The notes under the pieces: generated by a model
Told to the model about the DNA's origin: nothing
The model's database searches: none
What the model saw: only the letters and a program-made list of their open reading frames with translations
Program-made: the position numbers and the translations under genes
Shown here: one piece after another, positions 50,189 to 64,000 of the stretch
Layout: every line of letters starts with the position of its first letter
Position numbering within the stretch: position 1 is the first letter of the stretch
Source: the human T2T-CHM13v2.0 reference genome, Homo sapiens
NCBI RefSeq assembly: GCF_009914755.1
Contig: NC_060946.1
DNA length: 64,000 bases
Direction: 5' to 3' (one strand)

Positions 50189-50461
50189 ATTAGGTTAACC
50201 TACCTGATGGATATTGTTGGCAGCTGAGCTCTGTCTAGCCTGGGACATTCAGCCTTTTGCCTCTAGCTTTCGATGAGGCCCCAGGCTCTGCTGTGTATTA
50301 ATGGTAGGGCTTAGCCTTAGTTCAGGACCCATCCCCTGTCATACCCCCAAACCCCAGAGGGGAGGCGTTCTCTTTTTGCAGATGCAGATTATCAGAAATC
50401 GTTCTTCCTTACACTGAACCAAATTTCTTCTGCTCCTTGGTTCTGGTTCTGTCTTCTAGAG

Positions 50462-50843
50462 TATATTAAGTATCCTTTGGTTGCTATAACAAAGTACCAC
50501 TGGCTAGGTGGCTTAAATGACAGACATATTTACTCATGATTCTGAAGGCTAGAAGTCCAGAATCAAGGTGATCAGGGTTGATTTATTCTGAGGCCTGTCT
50601 CCTTGGCTTATAAAGTGATGGTTTTCCTATGTTTTCACATGGCCTTCCATCTGTAACTGTCTGTGTCCAAATTTTCTCTTCTTATAAGGACACCACTCAT
50701 ATTGTATTAGGGCCCACCTATATGACCTGCTTTAACTTGGTCACCTCTTTATAGACCCTCTCTCTAGGTAGTCACATTTTGAGGTACTGGGGGTTAGGAC
50801 CTTAACATATCAATTTTTGAGAGACAGAACTCTGCCCATAACA
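50462..50843 (-). mobile_element. MLT1-family MaLR solo LTR
   Basis: gctataacaaagtaccactggctaggtggcttaa...ggctagaagtccagaatcaaggtg...tcttcttataaggacacc...gaggtactgggggttaggac...cccataaca. Confidence 0.85.
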
Positions 50844-51417
50844 CAGAGCCATTAAGACATGATGACCCTCCAGATTTCTGAAGGTGATTTTCTTGTCACT
50901 TGTCTTTTCCTTGCTGAGAACCCCCAGTTCTTTCCGTTCTTTATATGAGATGGTTTTGAAGTCCCTCACCATCTTGGAATCTTCTGGACTTGCCTTAGTT
51001 TTGGAAGGACAAAGTGGAATACTTTGGACTACCCGTGATATTATAGATAGAATTCATTCTAATGTCTGCCCAAGCAAACAATTTTGATGATTTCCGAAAA
51101 AGATTAAAAGGCTAAAAATCAGACTGTACAGTTTCAGTAACAGCTTTAAGATATTTGTCTTTAATTTTGCCTGAGTAGGTCTGACCACTGACACACACAC
51201 GGGCACCGCCCCCATATCCCACCCCATGCATCCAGTGCTAACTTTATGTCTTCTTTTGACTTAAGCATTTACGTTAGAGTTAGTAAGTGCTCAAGGTCTA
51301 AGTTTGTTCACCACCCTTCCTCCCTTCCTTCATACTTTTTTAGTTTTAGGAAACCTAGTTGGGAGGGTTATTTCAAAAGAATAAATGAATGTAGAGATTT
51401 TTATTTTTTAAATTTAA

Positions 51418-51714
<297 letters not shown>

Positions 51715-52621
51715 TGAGATTTTTATTTTTTAAATGTAATTGCTGTCTGGAGAGGGTAGAAATAACTCAGTTACTGGAGTATAACTCATTTTAGGTTCAT
51801 AATGTCATGCCAACCTGTAGTGTAGTTAGATTTAAAATTATTAGTTATTCTCTTCACTTTTGGAAATTGTTTACTTTTTATTGCCCTTGTGCACCAAAAA
51901 TTGTGTCAAAAAAGCTCATATGTTTTGTTCTTTGCATTTTCAGCATTTAGCAGAGTGAAGGTTAAAAAAAAATTGTTGAGTGACTAAAGGCATCCTCTTA
52001 ATCATCTTGTGCTTATTTAATCAGGAGCATCCTGTTGTGTCTTTGGTAGAATTGGCAGCTTGGGGTTTAGGGATTATTCTGGCCGCTGTCCCTTTTGCTT
52101 TTGAATTGTGGAGCTCCCCACAAAGAGACCCTCAGTGCTGTTCACTCTTCTGCTAAATTGTGGTTTGTAAGTCCTGACTGATAGTTTTGACAGGCTTTTT
52201 CTCCTTACCGTAGTCTCTTTAGATGGAGTGTGACGCTCTTGGAGTTCCTTTCTTTGAAGATGCTTTGACTATACCGCCCAGGATTTCCAAATTGTAGCCT
52301 TTAGATGCCTGGAACCCTGGCCCCACACAGCTGTTAGGCCCCCTCTATTCTGGAGGCCCGACAACATTAAAAATACCAACTATTTATAGCATACTTTTCA
52401 GTGTCAGTAAATTATAGGATGCCCTTGCCAGTGGATGGGGTGAACGCTCATCTGCCTGCCACTGTGTGATTGCCTAGAAGCGTCGGCCAGGTGGCAGGAG
52501 CTCAGCCCCACCTGAATGCTCCCAGGTCCTCACCTGGCACTCCCACAGGAAACTAAGGACTGCCAGGATGTCTTGGGGTTCCAGTAGAGTCCATGTCCTT
52601 TGCGATGGAGTGGTTGGGGAT

Positions 52622-52624
<3 letters not shown>

Positions 52625-52654
<30 letters not shown>
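52625..52654 (+). repeat. (AC)15 microsatellite
   Basis: Directly visible. Confidence 0.93.
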
Positions 52655-52656
<2 letters not shown>

Positions 52657-52916
52657 CACTAGGTATGTGTGCTCTTGAGAGAAGCCCATTCTGATCTAAC
52701 TGCCAACTCCTCAGGAGGCTGTGTTGTCAGCCATCTGTGCACAGAAGTTTGCTGCATCACTGGTGAGCTGGGGAGTGTCCTGTGTGGTGTCCACTTAATC
52801 TTACTAGGAAGGATCCCCTCATTTCAACAAGGTAACTGAAGAATGTTAAATCTAAATTTGGGTAAGATATACTCTCTGTAGGCTGAAGAATTTGAAGAGT
52901 ATATAAAAGCTCTTAT

Positions 52917-53034
52917 AGCTGGGTGCCTATAGTCCCAGCTACTTGTAAGGCTGATGCGGGAGGATCCTTTGAGCCCAGGAGTTTGAATCCAGCCTGGGCA
53001 ATAGTGAGACTCCCTCTCTTTAAAAAGAAAAAAA
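52917..53034 (+). mobile_element. Alu monomer (FLAM-like)
   Basis: Single arm. Confidence 0.8.
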
Positions 53035-53817
53035 GCTTTTAAAAAGGCCAAAAGGACATAGGGTCTTTATCTTCCCTCAGCTGCCCCTTGGAAAGGATCT
53101 CCTGGCTTGCCATTCAGAGTACACAGTGAGGGGAGGCCCCCTCCACAGGGTACCATTTAGAACAGGCTCAGTCGTTAGAACACTGCAGAGGGCGTGCTGT
53201 CCCCTGGCCACCAAGCCAAGTTGGGCTTTTGGGGACAGGTTTTGTGGTGGTAGCTTTTGGGTTCTTCATTTCTTTGCCTGGACTGAACAGTGAGCAGTGC
53301 TCAAGAGGCCTGTTCTGTTAGCTGGAGTTTCCATTGAAGTGCTAACTGCTGGATCCTTTGAACCTCTAGCCTGGGAGGGTATTTATAACTAGCTGTTTGC
53401 GTGCTTAGAGGAACTGAAGTCCTGCCTTTCTGTAGTGGTTTAAGAGCTGTGCCCTTGGTGTGGGCTGAAAGGCAGGCCTGGCGAAGTGTGGGGACTCAAA
53501 TGCCCAACTCCCCACGACCTTGTTTGCCTTCCCCCTGCCCTGCCAGCCCAGCGGCCCTTTTAGGGTTAACTTCTCTGCTTTGGAAGCAGCTGGCCAGTTT
53601 ACACTCCTCCCTGGGCTGTACAAAAATACTTCCTTTGAAGTGTTAGGAGAAGCGGTGAAGGGTAAAACCTGGTGAAGAATAAAACCTGGAGTGGGGCTTG
53701 AATGCATTTCTCTTCCAGGGAGTTTGCTGGGTGACTGAGCCCCACAGCCTTCCTCGTAACCTATAGAGCTGAGTGGTTCTCCTCACATAGTTACAGCTTG
53801 GAGCCTAGTTGCAGCTG

Positions 53818-53880
53818 GCATGTGCATGTGTGGGTGCGTGCGTGTGTGTGTATGCACACGTGTGTGTATGTGTATCTGCA

Positions 53881-53918
<38 letters not shown>
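53818..53918 (+). repeat. Imperfect (TG)n alternating purine-pyrimidine tract
   Basis: ~100 bp TG/CG/CA alternation. Confidence 0.9.
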
Positions 53919-53920
<2 letters not shown>

Positions 53921-54860
53921 GTCTCCTCAAAAGGAGTATTTCTTTTCAAGAGAGATAGTTAGAATACAGCCACCAAGCTTGCCTGGTGGCTGGAATCCCT
54001 TTGAAGGCACTTTTCCCTAGGGCGGGTCTGAGTCAGGGTGGTATCCTGGGGTATGTGCGAAGCTACAATGTTTCCACTTCGTCCTAAAGTGGCCAGCCCT
54101 GTTCTTGCTCCCTACTGGGGTAGGAAAGCTGCCACTGATCCCATCTCTGATTCAGGTCAAAGCACAGCAGCCTAAAAGAACGCTGGGCATGAAGTCAGTG
54201 GTGCTGACTTCTCTTAACCTTGGGTTTCCCATCAATAAAGTTGGGCTGGTGGAAATACCGGATTGGGGGCACCTTGAGAAAGTGCAAGACACTTCTCTAC
54301 TGTAAAGCCTGCAGTTGAGCAGAAATGGCATTTAGGATAAAGAGGCCAAAGAGAAGAATGCCAGAGCAGAAATGAGACGGAACAAAGCTTGAATGTCTTC
54401 TTAATCCTTGAGTATTTGCAGCCAAGGAGGGGTTGGGGCAAGATGGGAGGAGAGGCAGCTGTTATTTTCTAGAGAAGAATGCCAACCTGTTTCTCCCCAC
54501 AGAGGGGACCACACAAGTTATTTCTGAACTGGAGTTTGCAGTCCCTTCTTTCCTGGAAAATGCCTTCATATGGATTTCTTACATCTTATTACACTACTTC
54601 CTATCTCCCTTAGACAAGGAGTGTCCCTTAGACAGATCTAAAATAATACCATAGAGCTAACATTTATTGTTGGCTTTTGCCAGGTATTGGGTTAAGCACC
54701 CAACATTAATGATCTCATTTATTCCTCATAACATCCCTATGCTGGTTGCTGCTGTTGTCCTCATTGAATAGATGAGGAAAGGGAGGCTGGAAAAAGTGAG
54801 ATGACTTATCCAAGGTCCTCTTACCTACTGATGCAGGTATGGAAATACAGACCCGGTTAG

Positions 54861-55142
<282 letters not shown>

Positions 55143-55302
55143 CCCTTTACTCTTAAGAGATGTAAGTTACAATAAGCGATGGGGGGGTGAAATTTAATTC
55201 TGTGCCCCAAACCTGATCAGAAGCTGTTTTTAAGGAAAGAGGTGGAACATTGAACTCTGTTCATTCTGGCTGTTTTGACTCATGTTATATTCATCAGTGG
55301 AC

Positions 55303-55906
55303 TTTTATTTTATTTTTTGAGATGGAGTTTTGCTCTTGTTGCCCAGGCTGGAGTGCAATGGTGCAATTTTGGCTCACTGCAACCTCTGCACCTACCCTGG
55401 ATTCAAGCAATTCTCGTGCCTCAGCCTCCCGAGTAGCTGGGATTACAGGCATCCGCCACTATGCCCAGCTATTTTTTTTTTGGTAGAAACGGGGTTTCAC
55501 CATGTTGGCCAGGCTGATCTCGAACTCCTGACCTTGGGGGATCCACCCACCTCCCCCTCCCAAAGTGTTGGGTTTACAGGTGTGAGCCACCGTGCCTGGC
55601 CTATTTTATTTTATTTTTTGTTTTGAGACAGAGTCTCGCTCTGTTGCCCAGGCTGTAGTGCAGTGGGGCAATCTTGGCTCACTGCAACCTCTGCCTCCCG
55701 GGTTCAAACGATTCTCGTGCCTCAGTCTCCTGAGTGGCTGGGATTACACGTGCCCACCACCACGCCCAGCTAATTTTTGTATTTTTAGTAGAAATGGGGT
55801 TTCACCATGTTGGCCAGGCTTGTCTCGAACTCCTGACCTCAAGTGATCCACCCACCTCGGCCTCCCAGAGTACTGGGATTACAGGCGTGAGCCACAGCAC
55901 CTGGCC
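55303..55906 (-). mobile_element. Two tandem antisense Alus (55303-55601, 55604-55906)
   Basis: Two reverse consensus copies. Confidence 0.92.
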
Positions 55907-57246
55907 AGCAGACTCTTATTGATCAGTTATATTTCAATACACATGAGTGCGTTTTGCCTTGCGGTTACTGAAAAGAAACTTTTCTTATTTCTCATTCTCT
56001 GTGTTGACTTTACAATAGCTATGCTTTTTTCCCTCTCATTAGAAAGGGTTGGGAAGATGGCTGCTCTGTAACTGCAGCTTTGTTACGGTTGAAGGTCTTG
56101 GTGTCAGGGATTGACGGGTAGCCTGTACCCCTTGGAATCCTTAGCTGTAGGCTTTGGTCTTTCCCCAGCCTAGAACCAGACTTGGCACTTACTTCAAGGG
56201 GCTTGAGATCCTGTGCTTGACCCTCCTTAGCTCATGGGGGAAACCAAGGCCTGGGAAAGTTTGAGTGATTTGCCCCCAGTCACACACGGGGCTAGACCCA
56301 GGGCCAGGCTGGCAGGTTCCCAGCCCACTGGCCACATGCTTCTCCTTTTCACCTGAATTTCAAACAGGAGGGAAGATGAAAGGGATAGAAATGACCAGTC
56401 AGAGGAGTAGGAGGGCTGTCATTTGCAAACAGTTTCTTTTGATCTTTGCCCCATTGTTTAAAAAACCCCCACCAAACCACAACTGGTAGCATCAGCACAT
56501 GGTTCCCTCCGGTTCATTGAGGGGCAGTCATTTCTCTTTTAAGTGGGAAGCCCCCCCCACCCCTAGTAGTCTGTTTCACTTAGGGCTCCATACCTCCTCT
56601 CCCCTTCTGCTACTCGGCTGCCAGATGTGCTCCCCTTCACAAACCTTTCAGAGCTTTTTACTGCTTATAGGATGGAGTCTAACCCCGCCTTCCCCTAATA
56701 TTCTAAAGCCCTTGACATTTTGTGCCCAGTCTGTCTTTGCATTTTGGCATCCAACCACAGAGCCCCTTGCCTCTAGTCAAAGGGCTCCTCCGAATGAGCT
56801 TTGGCCTTTATTTGCATCTTTGCCCACATTCTGCCCATCTTTCAATGCTGCTGCCTCCAGGAAGCTCTGTTGGACTAATGCAGCACCCAGTTGCCTCTGC
56901 TGCCTCCGAACCTGAAACAATCTGGTCTGGCAACTCATTTGACACTTAATATTGTTTTGTGTTGTTTAACTTGTAGATGTGTCTGTCTCCCTAACTAGAT
57001 TGTAAGTTCACTGAGGTCAACAGCATGCCTTCTGAACTGCTTCGTATTCCCCTCTGAACTGTTTCATATTCCCCCACAGCATTCCACAGGGCCTAGGTTG
57101 TATGCTGTGCAAAGATCTGGGACTGAAATGCTATTATCTTTCTAACTGTTAATAGGAATGGAAGAAATTAGTTTCCCCAAAAAGGAATAAAATGATTAAC
57201 TAGAGAGATTTTTAATAGGATCTGTGCTACGTTAGGATTAATATAT

Positions 57247-57562
57247 AGGTTGAGTATCCCTTATCCTAAATGCTTGGGACCAGAAGTGTTTCGGATTTTG
57301 GAATATTTGCATATACATAATGAGATGTCTGGGGGGTGAGACTCAAGTCTAAACATGAAATTCATTTGTTTCATATACACCTTATTCACATAGCCTGAAG
57401 GTAATTTTATACAGTATTTTTAATAATTTTGTGCATGAAACAAAGTTCCTCTTAAGTACTTATGTGTGGAATTTCCACTTGTGGTGTCATGTTGGTGCTC
57501 AGAAAGCTTCAGATTTGGAAGCCTTTTGGATTTTGCGTTTTTCAGTTAAGGATGTTTAACCT
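57247..57562. mobile_element. MER46/Tigger4-like non-autonomous DNA transposon
   Basis: aggttgagtatcccttatcctaaatgcttgggaccagaagtgtttcggattttgg, with degenerate terminal inverted repeat ...ttaaggatgtttaacct. Confidence 0.8.
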
Positions 57563-59239
57563 TTACTTTAAATCGGGTTACTTGAATGAATCAGGGAATT
57601 TTAGTTTGTTGTAATTATTTTTTTGTTTGTGTAATTTTGCTGGCAAACAGTCTATAGTGAAAATTTTGACCTAGACCCCTTCAAGATGAAAGTAAATAAA
57701 TGCATGTTATTTAAAATTTGCTGTTGTTGCTATTTAGCACCCTAGATGCCTGTTTACTTTTTTACTTTGTTGTTCTTATAACTTTTTCTCTAAGTAATTT
57801 CTTGGATCCGTATTCGCACTGTTACAATTGTGTTCTTGAACATACTTCTAATCTTTTTTAGCCATTATGATAATATATTTTGTTTTCTTGACCCTTTCTG
57901 TAGTTTGTTAGGTTGATGGCTTCCACTGGAATTTTAGGTTTGACCTCCCAAAGGTGGATCCACCTGTATGGGAAAGATTTGTTTTCCCTTCTCCATCCCC
58001 TCCCAGTCCCTCTGCGTTCTGGCCTTGGGTGTATGAAATTCTGGCCTTGAACACACCTAGCAGTCCTGGCCCATGTCCGTTTCCCAGTTAACTCTTTTGT
58101 GCCCGATCTATATGTGGCATGTTCCGCCACAGCTGTGGGTGGAATCATGCTTGTGCCCCCATATAACCTTTTCCTTCTTAGCATTTTTTTCTTTTCTTAC
58201 TCCTGAGTTAAACGTGTAGCAGAAGAGGTGTAAAGACACAGGGCCAGCATGAATAGTGCTCCCTTTTTAAAATGTGGAAACCGGCTTGGAGAAGTTAAGT
58301 GACTTATCCAAGGCTGTACATCCAGTAAGGAGAAAAACTGGCCTTGTGACATAGCCCCAGGGATGTGCTGTGCCCCGTGATGGCCCCATATGTTGGTGTT
58401 GGGAGTTCAGTGGCTCATCAAGTGCCTGTAGCTCTTAAAGGAAAGGAGTTGATAAAATGAAGCAACCTGGGGCGCTTACTCCAGGGGCCATTTCTAATCT
58501 GATTTCTGTAAGTAGTGGATTTTTGAGAGTGGGTTCTTGTATTTCCTCCTGGTCTGCTGTGTTCATGGGTATTTTTCTGGAGAGATGGACTCTACATCCC
58601 AAAACTGGTGAAGATCCCCTGATAGAGGTGCCGCTAATGCCCCTCCCCATGCAGGGATTGTACTGGAGAAGCTGTGTCTGTGGCCTGCACCCCTCTGGAA
58701 GCTCCAGTGAGTGTCCTGGGGACACATTAGGAAAGTCAGATGTGATCTACCCTCACACCCGCCAGTCTCAAACGGCTTTTTTTCCTTCTTAAAAGTAAGC
58801 AAGGAATAAACTTTAAAAATAGCAAAGGGTCAGAAGTTCCTTTTTTTTTCAAGCTTTTATTATAGGAAATGTTACATGTAGACTCCAATAGATAGAACAT
58901 GTTATGTACACACCGTCCCTCCATATACTCACCATCACCCAAAATAGTTGTCAACACCTGGCCCCGCTTGTTTCACTTACACCCCCATGCCACCCTCATG
59001 TTATTTTGAAGCAAAGCCAGCCATATCATTTCCCTGCCCGTAAATATTTCTAAAATATCTATAAAAGCTTCTTTTTAAAAAACATGATCTCAAGGCTGTT
59101 CCCACAAATGTTAAGCTAGTGATGTCCCCTCCCAAGGGGCAACCCCACACTCCCTGAGAGATGGTGTATGTGTTTCACTGCTCATGCACTGGCAGCCACG
59201 TCTAGAGGCTGGGTCTGGGGTGGAGCCCAAGTGGGGTGG

Positions 59240-59500
59240 GGGACCGAGCGGGCGAGGCCATGGCTTTGCGCTGGCCGGGCAATCATGATGATCTCGGATC
59301 CCGCGTGGGCGCTGTGATGGTATCGGCTTTGCCCCGGGCGGGAACCACAAGATCAAAGGCGCCGCGCACCGGGGTGCTTCAAAGCCAGTGGAGCAGCCCG
59401 GATTGATGCCCAGAATGAGAGCTCTCTGCTGATGTAATCGTAGCCTGTGAGACAGGTTCTTTTTTTAAATTTAAACAAAGACACCCCTTGTTTGTTTAGT
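59240..59500. promoter_or_regulatory. Candidate intronic Wnt-responsive enhancer
   Basis: Local CpG cluster in unique DNA with AACCACA (59343), AGATCAAAGG (59350), GCCGCG (59361), CTTCAAAG (59377) and FOX/SOX-like sites (59472-59498). Confidence 0.6.
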
Positions 59501-59801
59501 GAGGTGAAGCATGTGTTGCAGAGGGCACGCAGCATCTGGAGGGCTCCACTCTGGCCTGGTGGGTCCATGGTAGGGCAGGAATGCTGCAAGTGACTAGAAT
59601 TTTCAGGCGGGCTTGTAGATCTTCCATAAAAGACAACCTGTTTCTGTTAAGAGTAATTTTTTTCTCCCTTTTTTAGTATAGTCAGGCTTGTTCTCAAGTG
59701 ACTTTCCTGAAATACTGAAAGTGCTTTCCTCTGGTGGGGTTGTCAGGCTTTGGAACACACCTGGTGAGCCAGCTAGGAATTCAGATCAAAAAGTAGGTAA
59801 G

Positions 59802-60095
59802 CAGCCAGGGCATGGTGGCTCACGCCTGTCATCTCAGTGCTTTGGGAGGTTGAGAGGATTGCTTGAGCTCAGGAGTTCAAACCAGCTGGGGCAACATAGT
59901 GAGACCCTGTCTCTTAAAAAAATTTAGCTGGCTGTGGTGATGTGTGCCTGTAGTCCTAGCTACTTGGGAGGCTAAGGTGGGAGGATCGCTTGAGCCCATA
60001 AGTTCGAGACTACAGTGAACTATGATTGCATCACAGTACTCCAGCCTGGGCAACAGAGCAAGGCCTTGTCTCTAAAAAATAATAATAATAATAAT
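59802..60095 (+). mobile_element. Alu (AluJ-like)
   Basis: Consensus with (AAT)n tail; flanking repeat aaaaagtagg. Confidence 0.9.
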
Positions 60096-61689
60096 TTTTA
60101 AAAAGTAGGCAAGAGGGCTGACTTTGGTCAGTCATTCCTTGGGTCTAGAAAGGAAGCTCATCTGTCCCTTCCCTAGAGTATGTGAGAGGCTTGCCCAAGG
60201 CTGGTAGTCAGATCCCATCCTGTTGGAAGGAGAGAGGGGTCTCCAAGAATATGGCTGAGTGCCAGGATCACCACCACCCCTAGCCTGAATATTCTCCCAG
60301 TCTCTGTAAAAATCATAGACATGTGGCTGATTTTTCTGGGGTATTCCCAGTTAAGGTGGTATCCCTGCCTTTAGTAGTTGATCAGTACACAAATCAGTGA
60401 AACCCTGTACCATACATACCTCCATGAGTGAAATCGTGGTCATATTCTGTTTTCTTGCTTAGCAAATCTTGCTGACAGATAGACGAAGAAGCCTGCCAAA
60501 CGGAGTCAGCTTGTTGGATGCTGAGGTCCTTCCCAAGATCTTCCCTACATCAGAATTCAGGGTCAGTGGGGTCTGAGGCACTACTCAACTTAAGTCATAG
60601 TGACTAAAGTCCACTTCAGCATCTTACAGATGTCCCAACCAAACCCAGCATGTGTAAAACCAGATTTCTCTTCTCTCCACAAACCTGTTTCTGTTAGGTT
60701 CTTTTGTTACTCCAGCTAAAAAGCTGGTGTCATTCTAAGCTGTTTATCCTCAATGAGGTGTCCCCTTCTCTAACCCCATGATGCCTCTACCCATGCACAT
60801 TGAATTGTCTGTAAGTTACTGGAAGGCAAGACTGGAAGGGTTTTTCCTTCCCTTTTAAACTACAAACCAGGTTTCCCCCATCTTCTGTAAAAGCACCCCC
60901 CAATATTGTGAATTTCAAGCATGCAGGAAAAGTGAGAGTTTTGCAGTCGACACCCATATACCCACTATCTATATTCCACCGTTAACATTTCACTGTATTT
61001 GCTTTCTCACATTTTTTATCTATCTGTGCATGTGATGGGGTTTTTTGAGACAAGGTTTGCCCAGGCTGGAGTTCAGTGGAGCAATCATGAATCACTACAG
61101 CCTCAACTTCCTGAACTCAGGTGATTCTCCTACCTCGTGATGGGTTTTTGATATTTGAAAATCAAGCACATGGGGGCTGAGATGTTATAATGGATGTGAC
61201 AGAGTATGTAAGGTTCCCTTTTTAATTTGGTTTCTATCACTTTTAGATCCAGGTCTCCCCTTCTCTCCCTATCTACTGCCTCCCCGCTAACCAACCCCTA
61301 CCCCATCCCCTGGCTGGGAATAGCCCTAGAGATCTTGCGTCTTTGTTCAGACACTCAAGGGAGAACCCAGGAAGTTGCACCTGGAGGACCACCTGGGGCA
61401 TGGAGTTTGCTATGGAGACCCTGTTGTGTTTGAATGACTTGCCCTCTCACATTTCCTAAAGCCTACTGCCCTTCCTTCATCTTGTCCCTCTCTTTGCCTT
61501 CTAGTGGTCTGGCCTTGTGGCTACAGTGAGCATGTGCACATTCTGTTCAGAGACTGCAGTTTTTTGTGCAATGGGGTGGAGGTGCTGCTGCAGAGCATGG
61601 AGCAAGCCAGCTGGGTGGGACTTCTGGTGGGTTTTAAATTGATTTGAAGAAAAATCTCTAAACAGTATTTTGTTTCTTTGATTGATTGA

Positions 61690-62455
<766 letters not shown>

Positions 62456-62563
62456 GTGAATAAAACAAGTTACTTTTCTTGAGATTATCAATGTAAACTT
62501 GAGTTTTGGCTGAGTAGGGGCATTCCATTGGACTTGGCAAAGTCAGCTTATCTGAAATGTTAA

Positions 62564-62750
<187 letters not shown>

Positions 62751-63739
62751 AACCTGCTCAAAGGATCCGGGAAGCCCAGAAAAATTTGATTTATATATTA
62801 AATGAGCATGTTTTGCAAAGTTAAGATGAGCTACAACTTGTTGCACTTAGAATGGCTTTATATGAACTATTTTCTTTTGCTTTGCTCTGTATCCCCTCCA
62901 AAACAAATTAATATGTGATTCTGTGTGTGTTTGTATGTGTGTGTAAGGTCTTTTAGAGTAGAAGCAGCATTCATCATCTTCGCTGTTGTGAACAGGAGCT
63001 GGACAGGTCTACAAGCTAACCTGATTCTTAGAACAGACTAGATTCACAGAATAGATAAGCTCTTTATCACATGGCAGCATATTTTAATTCCAGCCTGTGG
63101 CTTCCCTCCTTACGGGAGCTCAGATAGATTTCTCTTTTACTGTGTGTGTATGTGTGTCTATATGTGTGCATGCATGAGTGTGCATCTTTAGAAGCATGAT
63201 CTGACTTTGCATTGGGCTCCTATGGCTTCCAGGATGCCAAGAGCTGTGACTTTAGCTACCTGGGTAGTGGATCTGCTGACTGTGCCTTTTGTGCCAGTGT
63301 TGTGCCTGTTGTATTTTGCTGTAGCTATAGAAGGCAGCTGCACAGGCTTTAAATAATGAAGTCAAGACCACCATCTCCAGTTTGATTTTGTTTAGAGACC
63401 ATTTTTGGTACAGTTTAGAGCCAGTGGATAATTGCAAGTTGATTAGTGTCTCCCAACCTTCTCTTTTGGTCTGTATTTAATTTTTGCCCAATCTTTTTTA
63501 AATTTTATTTTTAAAGTTTTTAAGCCCATAGAAAAGTTGAATGAATAGTTAGTTGTGTGTGGCAAAATGTTAACAGTTGCTTGATTTGTGAATTCTCTCT
63601 TACATACACTTAGTTTTGATTTTTTTTACCCGCGTTTTTACTCACTTTTTAAAACCACCTTTTTAGGCCAGACTATTTGAAAGTTGCCAACATAATGGCA
63701 TTTCACACCTTAGTACTCCAACATATATACATCTGCTGA

Positions 63740-64000
<261 letters not shown>

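Noticed and set aside
53178-53196. CTCF-like motif CACTGCAGAGGGCG
   Set aside because: Only a partial match; cannot be supported without a PWM score or ChIP data.

Overview
This is primate genomic DNA, almost certainly human, covering the 5' end of ZNRF3, the RING/PA transmembrane E3 ligase that down-regulates Wnt receptors and binds R-spondin. About 18 kb of repeat-dense upstream DNA precedes a CpG-island promoter and coding exon 1 (ATG 19127, donor after 19426, 100 codons). The remaining ~44.5 kb is intron 1, with no further coding exon that I can recognise. The rest is roughly 60 Alu elements or fragments plus MIR, L1, L2, MaLR LTRs, DNA-transposon remnants and microsatellites; nearly all other ORFs in the track are Alu, low-complexity or GC-rich artefacts. 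I see no new multi-gene system. The most interesting signals are regulatory: (i) upstream ORFs in the leader, one ending in an ATGA overlap with the ZNRF3 start codon; (ii) a promoter built from a ~12-unit GC-box minisatellite; (iii) intronic TCF/LEF clusters, the best a CpG-rich RUNX-TCF-helper-TCF module at 59.35 kb; (iv) a (GAAA)26(GGAA)20 purine tract; and (v) local mosaic duplications. Repeat boundaries and subfamily calls are by eye and approximate.
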